A stretch of 64,000 nt of DNA from Raillietiella orientalis (taxonomy: Eukaryota): NCBI GenBank assembly GCA_036172245.1, contig JAYWIR010000011.1, forward strand, positions 2,604,001 through 2,668,000, read 5' to 3'. Every line of letters starts with the position of its first letter. Positions within the stretch are counted from its first letter, which is position 1. Both the position numbers and the translations under genes were made by a program. Positions 9,842 through 23,100 of this stretch are shown here, piece after piece. The notes under the pieces are model-generated. The model did not search any database. It was given only the letters and a program-made list of their open reading frames with translations, and was not told the DNA's origin.

Positions 9842-12599
9842 TACTCCCCTGTAGGGGAGGGCCACCATGCAAGTGAGGAGTCAGGTTCACGTTCCGTGCT
9901 CATCCGAAACACAGGTTTGCTACATTGGATGTTCCCAAATTTTTGTAGCTGAGCTCTGAAGGTGACTTTCTGTTCCATTTACAACGTCAGGGAAAGAACA
10001 TGTAGATAAAAACAATACCAGGATGTCGCAGTGCATTTTCGTAGAGGACGTCAATGTTTTTTGCCTGATGATAAGAGGAAAAATAACGTTTGCAGAAATT
10101 GCAGCTGCTACACGTATCCTATTTATACCGCCTATCTCATCTACCCACGAAGAACACTAGAAAAAGGAAAGAAACGATAAGAATAAGGAATCGCCTTCAC
10201 GAAATGGACAACACGGATTTTTCGGAAACTGACTGTGGGGCACTGTAACCAACGAGGCTTGCCAATTTGTCACGCATTAGTCGCCGGCACAATTTTGCAC
10301 ATTTTTGAAGCGGAAAACGCTGAAATACTAATGCAGGCCATAAATCAACTAAGAGGTACTTTCGCCGGAATTTTCACCCAGAGCACATCCCAGCGGTGAA
10401 TTTAAAAAGATTTTTGGACACAGATATGCCCAGAATTTTCATGAGGCTGGACTCGCCGAGAAGGAAATCCTTCGCGCCGTTTCCGGCGAGCCGAACGCAA
10501 CGCAACGTCCTCGTAAAATTCAGAAACTGCTGCTTGCCTGAAGAGGCAGGTTTTTTCGTTCGGCACCCCAACAGATCATTCACCTGCTAAAGGACACTGC
10601 AAACATGAAATCCGTGCCTGGTTTCGTAGGTGGAACCCCAGATTCAACGAATCAATTCAAAAATCCATCTCTTGGAAAAGGGGGGGGGGGAAAGGCGATC
10701 GTAACTTTTGACTCGAACACACACATAGCTGGAGATGGCACGCCGAATAACCTTATCCAACAGCATTGGAAAAATCTGAACTTGGACACCCTTTGGGCGT
10801 GGAACATCAGGGGAAATCGGGGGTTCGCAGGGGGACCGCTCAACTTCCGTGCGTGCAAGTGTTCCCAACTGCTCAATTTGCGGAACGATTTTTCACAACG
10901 TGGTGCTGTAATTTAAAGTCTTGAGATAGAAATGATTCAGAAGAAATTCAGGACAAAAAAGAAAAAAAAAAAAAATAAGGATGCTCAGCACAGGTTTGGA
11001 AGTTGATGAATAATTCCGTTCGCTTAGGCAGCTGGGCGATTGCGATTAAATGAAGGGCATTCCCGTGCAAAGATGGGAAGATGATTTTTCCCATCAATAG
11101 CTGGACCCAATTGCTAGTTTGGCCAGTGGAGGAAACGTTTCGGTATTTTTCAAGTGGAACATTCCGTGCTGTGGTTGTCTTTGACACAAGAACTGCACCA
11201 CAACGAAAGCGTGCACCCGGCTAACGAAGTGCTGGAAAAAAAAAAAACTCGGCATGCCCAGCAGTAAAGGAATTTTGTATCCAAGTTGCTCTGCTCTTGC
11301 AGGCAGCCGTTTTTGCATGCCGATGCATTTGGCTTGAAGAATTGTGTGTGTCGTCGTGCATGGGACACGTGAAACAAAAACAAAACATGGATTGTCAATG
11401 GAGATGGTTTACGTGCACAGCCTCGAATTCGTTTGAGTCATGGCATGAGTAAAGAGTACGCAACTGCATTAACATTGGTAAAATTTGAATAGATAGATAA
11501 AGATTCGTCACTGGTGAAAATTTGCACACAGTTCCAGTTTGTGTCTGACCTGGGTTCGTAGCGCTTGCAACAAAATATTTTTTCCCAGGGAAATATAATG
11601 ATTGTTTTTTTTTTTTGGTATGCAAAACTTCAGTTTACTAATGAAGCAGCAAGCAGCATCACATATAAGCAGTTTTTTTGTGTAGGATTTCCGATTTCAT
11701 TATGTACAAGGGTATGGTGTGAACTTGCATTTTAGTGTTCAGGGAAAAACTTGCTGGGTTTTTGAATTCTTGCATATTGTATTCTTGGAAATTCATTTAC
11801 ATTTGTCACTGGAAATCATGGTATAGATATATGAATTTAAATATTCATGATGTATCAACCTTTCTGCGGTCTCTGTCAGAATGGTGTACCAACAGCAAAC
11901 TACTTCAACAACAAATGGAGACCACTCTTTTGTTGAATTGAAAGAAACTTGATTGCAATTTGCAACTTTATCCGATATCATAGAGCATAAGAACAAATAC
12001 AGACCCAGTCTGTTGTTTTGTTTTATGTGAACTTATTTCAGTTCAAAGATTTTTTCTCAGTGCAAATTTATCTCATGAGATCAAAACAGTGTAAGATTAT
12101 CTTCTGTACTTCTCTATTGATCAGATCTTGCATTTCCTCCTTCTTCTTCAGTTTCATTACACAGTCAAGTTTTCAATTGTTCATTTATTCCTTTGATATG
12201 AGAGAAAAGATTTTTCTAAGATAGGTTTACTTGTGTGGAAATTCAGATGTTCCTCCCTCCCAAACAAAAATTTGTGTGAACATGTATTATAGGAATTTCC
12301 TTCATATCTGTGCTCTTCATATGATGCATGGTTTGAATCTTCATAAAGGAAAGCATGGCTTTAAAATATTCATATTCGAGATAGATGGAACATAGCCATT
12401 TCCAATTACAGTTATGATTTCTTTCTTAAGGTTTGGTGTCTTGATAACATCTGATTTTCCTTGATTTAATCAGGGCCTGATTGGAGGGTTCAATTTTTCC
12501 TTTTTTGGAAAAGGGGTGGGGAAAGGGGGATATGGTACCCTATAACTTTGCTAACATAAACAATTGGATAATCAGAAAGAAAGAAAGAAAAAAAACAAT

Positions 12600-15500
12600 A
12601 AAATACTTTGAATTCAGTGGCATATCAAATACCACAAGCAAAAGGAGAACTGCAAATGCATTCAGACGATCTTTTCATCAATTCAGGAAAGATATGAAAA
12701 AACAGCGTACACTACAGCCGAAGTTATTTACCAAAAAGGTCAGGTGAGTCTGATCTTTTGGTTCTTCCAAATCTACATTAAGTGAATTCACAGAGTGCAC
12801 ATTGCAAGAGCAGGACAAGCCAAAAAATGCTTTGCCACGCAGAGCAACCAAAGATCAACCCCTTCCCCCTCCCACGAGAAAGCATTGCACTCGTGAACTT
12901 TCCAATTATCATTCCAATTTTGCATGTTTGAATTCGTACTCCTGGCATGTACAGATTTTTCTGTCACCACGAGAACACAGATACCATTGTGTTGGTCTCT
13001 GTGCGGCAGCCATCCCAGCTGCCCTTGGGCAGCCTCGTTCCCAAACATGCAAATTCGGAACAGGAGAAAGAGCACTTCATTATGGGTTTTGCAGGCCGCA
13101 GGCAAGGACGGTGCCTCGGTGCCTGGGCAACCTAGGCACCCCCGCGTGGGGAACCCCAATCGAAATGGGAGCGTCAAATCTGATAATCTTCCCACGTCGC
13201 TCCAGAACTTTTCCCTCCTTCGCAAAAACACCTTCCGGAAACACCCGAGGAGCCGGTCGACTAGAGGTGAACAGCAGCACGCCAACCGCCGGCATCCTCG
13301 AACTGCATATGCAAAACGAGCCAGTCGGCTGTGTACCCGACGCCGAGCGTGTCTCCAGCTTCCCAGTTTCTTCCGGGGAGAGAAGCTTTTCCAAAACGGA
13401 ACCTGCCGAGCATGCCATCCGCTCGCCAGCGACACAAGAAGGCTTGATTGGATTGTCTGTCACTTCCTTGGAACACGGAATTGCCAACGGAATCGGTGTA
13501 TGGGAATCAGCTGACGATCCTGGAGAAGATAAAAGCAAGGGATGCTGGGTTTCTAATGAACAAATAGGCCCCTTATGTATGCTGTGCGCAGTTCGATAAT
13601 CACAACACGGAAATTCTGCGCCTTTGGTTGCTTTCTTCTGCATACCGATCCAATGTTAGAAATATAAGAAATAGGGGGGCGCAAGAATATGGCGTAGGGA
13701 ATCGAGATGTCTAGAGCTACCCCTGCTGTAGCCATCAGGGAGGCGTGATCTACAAGAAGAAGCGTCGGAAATAGGAGCCACAAGCTCTGCTGAGTTTATA
13801 AGGTCCCTTCAAAAAAAAGGATCACAGGATTCTGAGTAATTTACAAACCTGTGGAACTTGAGGTCAAAGCATAAGATGAACGAAATTGTTTGTCACGTGC
13901 GAATGGTGGTCCTGAGCCTACAAAATCTGAAAAATAGTGTCCAGCAGTAGGTGTTTGAAAAGCGGTATGGAAGCATGAGCCATTCGAACCGGGCCTGGAT
14001 TCAGCCTGACTTCTGTTCTACAAAATGAGTAGTCTTTCGGATGAATATTTAAACTGTAGTAGTAAGTTGTTTACCGGTTGGGCTTTTCAAACTTTGACCA
14101 TACATTACAGAAAACGATATGCGTAATCTAATGGCACGCTTGCCGGCATTAAGATGAAACGCTGCTCTGAGATTAACGTGGGATGCAGGGATGCTCGTTC
14201 AGACTCGATTAACACGGAGCAGCCATAACCGTAAACTCTCCTTGCATCTCTGGAACGGAGCGGTTCCTCCGCGCTCATCTTCCTTGGAAAATAGGAACGG
14301 ACCATTTGTGGAATTTAATGTAGATTCCGCAGTTTAAAAAAAGGAAAGCGTTTGATGTCAGACTCTTAGAAGATCTGCCTGGGTTGCAATGGCTCCTCTG
14401 ATTCTACTCAAATAAGCTTATTAGTTTACTCTCTGTGCAGCCATCTCAGTTCGCACGTTAATGGCGGAACTCGGAGAATGAAGAGCTCGTGATTCGAACG
14501 GGGTCGTGTCCTGAGATGAGGAGGCACGAATCCAACATCGCGGGGCATTTCCCATGTGGAACGAAGCCGCTTGTTTTTGCGTCAGGAACGTTCTTCACCT
14601 TCATGGCATCACTGTGAGCGCGCTGCTGGAAACGCAGCTTTCTGTATCGAATTCGGTGAACTGTTTTTATCATACTCTGCACTTGGGATTTCTCGTGGGC
14701 ACGGCTCCTGGCGACTGGCCATTCGTTTCGGAGAACAGCGATGGTTACCTTCTTCGCAGGCGCCCGAAACGGTCAGCTTGTTCTGGAGCGTTTATCCGAC
14801 GTTCCGTTCAGAAGACTGGGTACGAAGTTAATGTCAGTGAAGTGGGCATGAATTGTGGATTGAAAAAAAAAAAAAAAAAAGAGCCGAAAAGTCAGGAATC
14901 CCAAAACAATATACGAAGCATGCTCGGAGGAAACAAAGAGACTCGTAATGTAACCCGTGTACAAACTATATGTATATCGAACCGTGCATCCATCTATCAA
15001 TAGTTTCGCTTCCCGTGTAGAGCGATTCACGAATTACCCATTATAGGAATTGGGACTCTTGGAGATTCGGCTGCTAGAAGAGCCCTGTTAGCTGATTTTC
15101 TCCTTGTGAAAAAATGGAGAAGCTTTATAGACCTTCTGCGCTTTTGCTAACCTTTCCAGATGTCACCTAGAGGGGACGGAGAGTCCACGAAAGCAGTTTT
15201 GCAGTTTTGCACGATCCTTTTTGTGATGACGACGATTTCTCATCTGCGAACGGCAGAGCGCGCCTCTTGTCGGATCCGCGATCCATCAGAATCTCCTCCT
15301 CGTCACCAACTGACGCTTCCGACTGTTTTCAGAATTCAGGGAACCGTCTCCGGTGTTAAAAACGTGGAATTTGTCATGTCGACCATTCAAAGGCAGTCTT
15401 AAGAAGGCATTCCCAGCCTGAAGGATGAGAATGGACGTCGGAGTCCGATGGGTGCAGACGCGGCAGGTTGGGTATCCATCATTCGGCAGGTTCCTTAATT

Positions 15501-16000
15501 TGGCACGTGAAGGACATTCTGAGAACGTGCTGGTGTTGGGAGCGTGGTTACCGTGGAAACACGTTGACCAGTTCGGGAGCCATGGGCATTCTCTATCGCG
15601 TCTGAATTGTTCGGCATGTTGGTTTGGTGCTTGGCATTTCCTGCATCCTGCTTCCTGGATCGACTCATTGAGCCTCCTCCTCCTGATGCCAGGAAATGAT
15701 GCATCAGAGTGGAAGCAAACGGGGGCTTGCGGGATCATTCCAGGATTCTATCTCGAACCAACAGGATTCCCTCCTTCGCCCCGCATCGCTGAAAGCAAAT
15801 CCTCCCCCCCTTTCCCCTTTGGAACGCAGGTTGCCCGAAGGAATTACCACCCTCACCACATTACCTCGGCCCGGAGGTGAACATCTCAGGTTTCTGCCTG
15901 GAAAGTCGCAGCGACTGTTTTTCTTGGATCAGAAGGGGCGATTCATCCTCCTCATTGACTCCAGTTAGGATCCCGACCAGTTGCAATTCCGCGAATGCAC
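12600..16000 (-). mobile_element. Near-complete but decayed Jockey/I-type LINE (ORF1 gag knuckles, APE, RT)
   Basis: In 5'->3' order on the minus strand: ORF1 zinc knuckles 'CRKCQAPNQH...RECP...STCFHGNH...ECPSR' (~15490-15650); APE end 'CPAMLD...ISGHDPV' (~14490-14560); RT 'ADSHTPIPLAIPCSK', 'VGVLLFTSSRPAPRVFPEGVFAK', 'GVPHAGV', 'NWNDNWKV' (~12900-13750). Confidence 0.7.
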
Positions 16001-17201
16001 AGGGTCTCCGAAGGACCTCGGAAACAGCAGGTGGAGTTTCTGGAAAGAACCGACGAGGCCCATCGAGCCCGATGCTGCTCGCGTGCGCAACTGCCTGGTT
16101 TGTCCATTTCCCTCAGATGGAGCGCTGTCACGTACCACTCACACCCCTCGCCTCTTCTCGGGATAGCTGCCTCTCAAAATTCTCTGGAGAGCGGCTACCC
16201 CTGAGGAGCCCGTAAGTGGGGCGAACGAGGATGAAATCCGAGTAGCACAAGCGAAGCTTCTCCAGTGGCGCTCTCGTGCGACCCCATGCATCTGCTCACC
16301 CGAGAAGCCCTTCTGATTTGATGGTGAACTCTGGGGGAGAACTCTGGAACCTCTTCCTTCCCTGCCCATGTTATTTTTTTTTCTTTTTTTCGTTTGCTTC
16401 TTTTTAATCTTCCCGTGAATTCCGGATGCCGTCCTTGGTGTCGAAACTCCCTCCGCAAGACCCATGCTATAAAGCCACTTCTTGCTTCTAGCCTCGGTTG
16501 AAAGCGACCACAGCAAAAGCCTGCTTGATTTCGATGACTGCTTAGTCCCTCCACTCTCCCCACCCCCGCCACCTGCCCCCATCCCCACCCCCACCGGCAG
16601 TCGGACCGAACACAAACTTCTGGAGCGCGCTCTCCTGAAGATCGTCTGCTTGGAAAGACGAGGTGTGAACCGGGGTCGCACGAGAGCACCTCGCGCGTGC
16701 GCGTGGGTGGGTGGTTGCCGAGCCAACCAGCGCTGGGTGGACGAAACGCAAACCACCCTATCGTGCTCCTAGCGAAAGCGAGAAAGGTCAGCGGGACTCG
16801 AAAGCGGGTCGCTCGCGCTGCGTGCGTCGGCTGGCCGGGAGAATCGGTCTGTCCTGCGAGGGTCCTACCGGTGTGCGGCGCATCCCGGAACGTTTCGAGT
16901 CCCGCGGCGGTCACGCCCGTGAGCACACGTCTCTTGGGTTTGGAAGTTCGGCTCGACGTTTCAAAACCGGACGGCTTCCTCCCCGATGATTACTTCAACG
17001 TACGAATTTGTTCTTTTAATGTTAGAGCCACGTTCGCGGGCTCGGTTTAAATGAATTATCCGCGTCCGAGTGTTCGAGAATCATCCTTATCGCGATCTCC
17101 TGGAAGATTTTGTTTTGGAAGGCCCGTCGTATGCTGTTGATTAGATCGCTGTCTCCCAGAAGAAATTGTACTGCGCCACAGAAACTGCGACCGCATCGAA
17201 A

Positions 17202-17245
17202 ACACACACACACACACACACATACACGCGCGCGCGCGCGCGCGC
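17202..17245. repeat. Compound (CA)n-(CG)n microsatellite, 44 bp alternating purine/pyrimidine
   Basis: An AC run (with one internal AT step) joined directly to (CG)9C, read at 17202-17245. Confidence 0.95.
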
Positions 17246-20200
17246 TTCAAGATCCAATTTCTTGCGTTTCCTGGGTTTTGCTTTTTCTGGGTAATTTCTT
17301 TCCCCGCATTGCAAACGTCATTTGCTGAAGCGGAAGCACAGAGTCGCGCTGTTTACATGTGTTACAACATATGTACAAATCATTGGAAATGAGGTTGTTA
17401 TGCTCTTCTGAGAAAGAGGCATAAAAACCCTGGTTCTAGCCAGGACAATTGGCAGCTGAATGGCTTAGGAGCAAGAAAAAAAAATTAATGCTGCCATCCA
17501 ACCGGAAGCAGGTGTGCACACGAAAGGTAGCAAAGTGTTTTTTAGCAGCGCGCGGTTTCTGCTTGAACAACACGAGCCAACGTGTCTCGCAAGAACACGA
17601 ATCCCAACTTTTTTCAATCCGTGCTTTCCCCATTTTCCCTCAGTTGCCTTTTTTCAATAGAGATGTCACCCTTCCCCATGTGGTGGGTGAACGCCTCACT
17701 TTCGAGCTACGGGGAAGTTCTCTTCCAGCGCTTGCTGCCGGCATCTACTCGGCGTGCTTCCTTTCCAAGCTCTCCCTCTCCACCCCGTTTCTCGCATCTG
17801 GTGGTGCAGCTGCCTGCCTCCGCAGGAAGAAGCCTGCTTTCCCGGGCACCACGCTCGAAAATCCCCCGACGAAAATTCGCGGTTCGGTCGCTGCTTTCGG
17901 ATCCCCCTTATCGATCCTTCCATAATCTGATTTCTTTCGACTCTTAGATAGCGACAAAGGAAAATTCTTGGACCACGGTTTTCCCGCACACGTGAATGGA
18001 TTCATTAGAACCGGAGATTAATGAGGACAATAAAGGGGCCGAAGGCGCAGACGAACCGTTTGGAGCGCAAGTTTTCAGCTCAAAGCGAACTGCGTCGCTG
18101 GGAGACGGTCGCCGCGTCGGAGGCGCGGAGAATCCGTTGCCACCGCCACGAAGCTTACGTGAAACCCGTAAAAGGAAGTCGGACCCGTGATCGATGGCTC
18201 AGCCTTGCCACCAGAAGTCCCAGTCGCTGGTGTCGTTTGCTCCCGTCTCCGAGAGCGCCTCCCTTCCTCCTTGGATGCGTCCGGGATGCGGAAGCGCTCC
18301 GGAGACCCTTCTCCGGCAAAGTCGCCGGTGGCGGGAATACGAAAATAGGAAAGCGGGAAGAGCATTCCGGGGATGGGGGGTGGGGTTTGATGGATGCAGC
18401 CTGGAATCGCGGGAGAGAAGCTCGTCATAGCTCGATTTGCAGCCAGCAATCGGTTGTGATGGCTCTCTCATCCTTCTTCCCTTGCCGTCTCCTTTCGTGA
18501 AGTTTGCGGTTCCCGGTGCAAGCGCCGCACGAGCGCGCTGCGTCTGTAGCCAGCAGAGGGACGGTCCGCGTGCCGTCTTCTCCTAGGCAACAACAGCCGC
18601 GTCGAGCCGATCGCATCTGCTGCGGCTGTTGAGTGGCTGTAGGGTGGTGCATCTGCACGCGTTTTTCCAAGCACGTCCCGCTCAGCCCTTCCCAGACCGC
18701 GTGAAGGAGGCGCCCGTCGATGCCCGCGGAGGGAGAAAACGGGAAGGATAAGCACAGACGCAGGGATCCGTTGCCGCCTTCATGAAACTTGCGTGAAGCC
18801 CAAAAAAAGGGTCAGACTCTTCGAGAAAACTTCTGTGGAACCTTCCGGAGGTTTCGCTCCTCGGGTAGTGCAGGATGCAAGGGACCGAGTGGACGCGCTC
18901 CCTCGCGCGGGTTGGCTCCGTGGGGCTATTTCGGACAGAGCAGGGATGGAGGGGGGCAGGGCGAGGAGGAGGAACTCGGACTCCCGAGGGGAAGACCGGA
19001 AGACGTTCGCCAAAGAAAAGATCGGCCGACCTGCAGTCGGAAACCAGGAAGGAGCGGTTGAATTTTTCTCAGCGCCGAGCTCCCCCTCGGCTCGATGCGG
19101 GAGCCGGCGACATCGCCAGGGGGAAAGAATCGCGCGGTCAGCGTGGGACCGTCTGGGGAGGCGTTTTCCCCGAAAACAAAAAAAGAGATGCTGATCTGAG
19201 GAGGATGACTGGTCGGCGTGACTTCGTGAGCGGTCCAGCGGACCCTGTGGCGTGGCAGCGTCGCTGTCGAGAGTCCGCAGTGACGAAGCACATTCGTGAC
19301 TCTTTCTCCCCCTGGTGGTGCATGCCTGGCCTGTCAGCCGGGAAGCGTCCCCCAGATGCCGCCTACGCGCGCGTCGAGGGCGCAAAAAAGCGACGAAGGC
19401 CACCAGACCCCCGGGCCTCGCGCGAGTCGGACCAGCGTGCAAGAGCTTTTGTCAACTCAGCCTTTGGCATTCCCTCACACGCAGCTTGCGGTAGGATGCG
19501 AGAGAGCAGACGCGCGGCTGCAGCACGCCCGCGAGGCGAGGGCCGACCTTCCGCGAGAGCGTGACCGGCTGGTTTCCATCCCTCCTCGCCCGATTCGCTG
19601 CGTCGCGCGCCCTCTCGTCGACCGGACGGATAACCGCGGCAGCGGACACACGTCTCCGGGGGTCGCGTTCCTACGCATCTCACTTGACTTGGATCCCATT
19701 CCCATCTGCTGCTCCTCCCCTCCCCACACACACACTCCGCTCTCCATCCGCTCACGCCCCCGTTCGTCCGTGCTCTCGCATTCGCCTCCGCGGACCTCCT
19801 GCGTCATGCTCGCGTCTCGCAGACCTGCGGACGCCGCCTCCATGGACTCCCGTGGACTCCACAGCCCCCCCCCACCTGAGCGCCAAGTTTTTCGCTCTCT
19901 CCTTCAGTTCGCCCGCGGTCCGTTCTGTCACCGTCTTTGCCTGCTTTGCGAGAGTCGCCACTGTCCGTTTCCCGAGAGTTTATGTTACGCCCCCTTATGT
20001 ATTCCACACTCCCTCTTCCTCCTGCCTCCGCACCAGCTAGTTAGCACATGCGGGCGCCACCCGGCGCCTCGCGTAATAAACCGATCTTTCGCCGCGAGGC
20101 GTCGCGCGTCGCGCGCGCGTTCTCGCGAAGCGCTGCCTCGTGACGAAAGACGGATGGATGGCCCCTCAATGATGACGTTTCCGTACGGTACTTCCGTGAC

Positions 20201-21470
20201 GACAGCGGAGTCCGCGCGCGCACGCTCGCGGGTCGGCCGACATCCGAGCCGCCGCGCGTCGGCGACGGACCGAGTTTTCCATCGGGGCCGCTCCCTGGGA
20301 TGCTGAGAATAGGAAGCGAGTAAACATTCGGGATTTATCGCCCGCACGGTAGCTGCGGAGGATAATCCGAGAGCTATTTGTCTGAAGAGCTCGCTCCCGT
20401 CGTGGAACGCGCCGCGCGCGCCGCGGATGTCCTTCCTTCCCGGAAACCGCTGGGTGGCCGTCGGGAGATCCCCGACCGAGCATTCCCGGGGACAGCTGAC
20501 GGCAGGCGCTTCCCTCGGCGGAGCGCGGGCGATCGACGACCGGGGGGTCCGCGGAGGAAGACTGCCGTCCCGGCGCGCGTTCTGCTCGCCCGGCGTGGGG
20601 CGGCGGGCCGGCACGGACAGCGACCCTTTCGCTTCCGCCGAACGTCAGCGGGCACGCCGGGATCACGAGCGACGACTCCTCGAGGTCTGCTCGTTCGGTG
20701 CCGGGAGGCCGTAAATCGTGGGGCCTCGCTTGGTCACAAGTTGGTCGCGTTCATCACCCGCGCTCGCGCGCGCGATTCGTCTTGGCCTGTCGCGCGGAGA
20801 TCGATACACCCGCCGATGCTTTCACGTCCCCTCCGCTGCGCCCGCCGGAGCCCGGAGCAGCCGCCGCTTTCCTCCTCCGCCCTACGAAAGGCTGCGTCTC
20901 GCGTTCGCCTCGCTCCCTTCCGTCACCGCTGGCAGCTGCAGTGGGAATATTAAAGGGACGAAATGGATCGGCTGTCAGGGAGAATGCGGAATTCCCGAGC
21001 GGGACTGCAAACTTGCGTCAGTTCGTCTCGCGGATGGACGCGGAGGAGGCGGGGGAGGGGAGTGGAGGAGGGCCCGCTGGCAACCGAGGATGCCTTTTGA
21101 TAGGCTGGTGGATCGCCCCCACTGCAGCAGCGGCTGATTTCGCGGAGCAACAGGAAGGCGGTGCGGTTGGAAGAGCTTCGCAGTGCGCCCGGCGGACGCA
21201 TCGCGGAGGTCCGAATCCGTCTCTCCGCCGGAGGTCTCTCGTCGGAGAGACTCAGGACGCGGTCCTGCCCGCCGCTCCCCAAAGGGAACGGCAGCGTAGC
21301 AGCAGCTCCATCTCGGCGCGTGACGACAGCGATGCGACGCGTGGAAGCGGACAAAGGGCAACCAAACCAATGCGAGGAGGTTGTAAGACTGACAGAGCTT
21401 CCGCGAAGGCCTGGACCGCGGAGAAGGTTCAGGAGGAACGCTCGCCTGTCCACTCGGGGACGCCAGGGCG

Positions 21471-23100
21471 TTTCTTTAATATAAAAAATAAACATTTACG
21501 ATCTGTGTGGTTGGATCGGTGGTCCAACTACGTCTATTTTCAAAAGAACCTGCCGGTACGCACACCGGTGAGGTTCGCCTCGGAAGTAGAGGAGAGAGGG
21601 CAGACGAAAGGGAAAAATAAACAGATAAGGCTTGGGAGGGTGGGGGGAAGGGATCACGTCCTGCTGGGGGAGGTCTTCTGTATCCTTTGGAGGATGATTT
21701 CCACACTTTCCAGGTGGAACCATCTCATTGCCATCCTCAGAAAGCGGACGGCGAAGTGGATGTGTCACCCCTGTCTCTGTGTCCTCCTCTTGCATCGCTC
21801 CAGGCTGCTACGATCCCGCATAGGCAGCCGATGCAAGAGAGGCTACGGCAGAAGGGCGTCGCGTCCGTGGAGAGGCCTTAAAGCGTCTACTGGAGTTGTC
21901 TCCGGGGACCCTAGGGTCGCGGGAAAGCGTTCCCACTCGGGCCAAAGGGCGACTCAGTCCACAGCAGGTGCGGGAAGGATTCGCGTTCCCTGCACCTAGC
22001 ACAGTTCGGGCCCGCACATACCCGGGTCCAGTGAGGCCTGCGGTCATGACACGGGAGACTCCAGTGTAGCAGCATCCAGACCGACTCCTGCCACTTTAAG
22101 GGGGAGGATGCAAGTGACCAAGAGCACTGGGGGCCACTGCAGATTTTCCCGCGGAATATCCAGCAGCTCGCCCCAGCAGAGAAGGGGCGCTCGTCGGACC
22201 GTCCACGGCTCCGTATTTCCCTCCGACCTGCCCTCCACCTGCCTCCCTCCACTCGGCGCCGGGGTTTCCATCCAACGAGCCGAGCTGCTGGCGGGAATTC
22301 GCCGCGGCCGACCGCTTCCACTTAGGGGCAGCACGTCCGACCCTCAGACCGTCCGGGTCCTCCAGGTTGAGGGGCCGGCGAGCGGTCCCCTGCCCCCGGC
22401 TCGTCCCTGGATGTGGAACTGCGCCAGGGAAGAGGGATGGCTGCGTCCCTTCGGGAGCGCCCCTGACGTAAAGAAAGTCGAAGGCAAGGATGCCGCAGCT
22501 GCCCTTCCACTGCAGAGGTCCAGAGGACCCTCCGAGCCCCAAAACGGCTGAGAGCCAGCAGCTGCTGGCTCTCTGGTGTCCCCAAAACGAAGAGAGAGAG
22601 CTGGGAACCCCCGCGGCTGCACCCCGACGAGGCGAGGCTCCTTGTGGTTGGCCCCGACACGTCCAGTCCGATGCCCATTCTGCTGGAGGAGCCACCCGCA
22701 GCAGTAGCAGCAGCACCGCAGGGCCCGAACAGGACCGTCCCGAGAGGACGGCGAAGAGTGTGGGAAACACCTGCGGATTCCTGCGTGAGATCCATCCACT
22801 CGCCCGAGAAGCAGCGGCGACAGAGCGAATGCGTTTCCTGGGAGCGAGCCGACAGTGCGCACAAATGGACCGCCCTCATAGTGAGCAAGCGGATTGCCTT
22901 CTGCCATCGACGCCATGCCACCTACAACAGAAGGCAATTCCGGAAACCCCGGTGGGCGCGTGTCTGGACGGTCATCTGGATGACCTCAAGAGCGAGCGCT
23001 GTCCAAGGGCAGGGTCCGTCCAGGTGGTCGCTCGCAGCCGAACGGAAGTTTCGGTCCCGCACGCGATCACCTACGGCTGCCTGCTTTCCTTCTAAGGACG
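21471..23100 (-). mobile_element. L1/Tx1-like LINE family 'CARC', RT to 3' end
   Basis: 'HRGFRNC', 'WQKAIR' (KAFD-like), 'SAGVSHTLRRPLGTVLF' (GVRQGCPLS-like), knuckle 'NCARCRERESFPHLL'. 3'UTR matches other copies and ends TAAAGAAA. Confidence 0.65.

Noticed and set aside
12481..13599. Plus-strand ORFs with a CAG|GTGAGT donor at 12743
   Set aside because: They are antisense to the minus-strand LINE RT and give no recognisable host protein.
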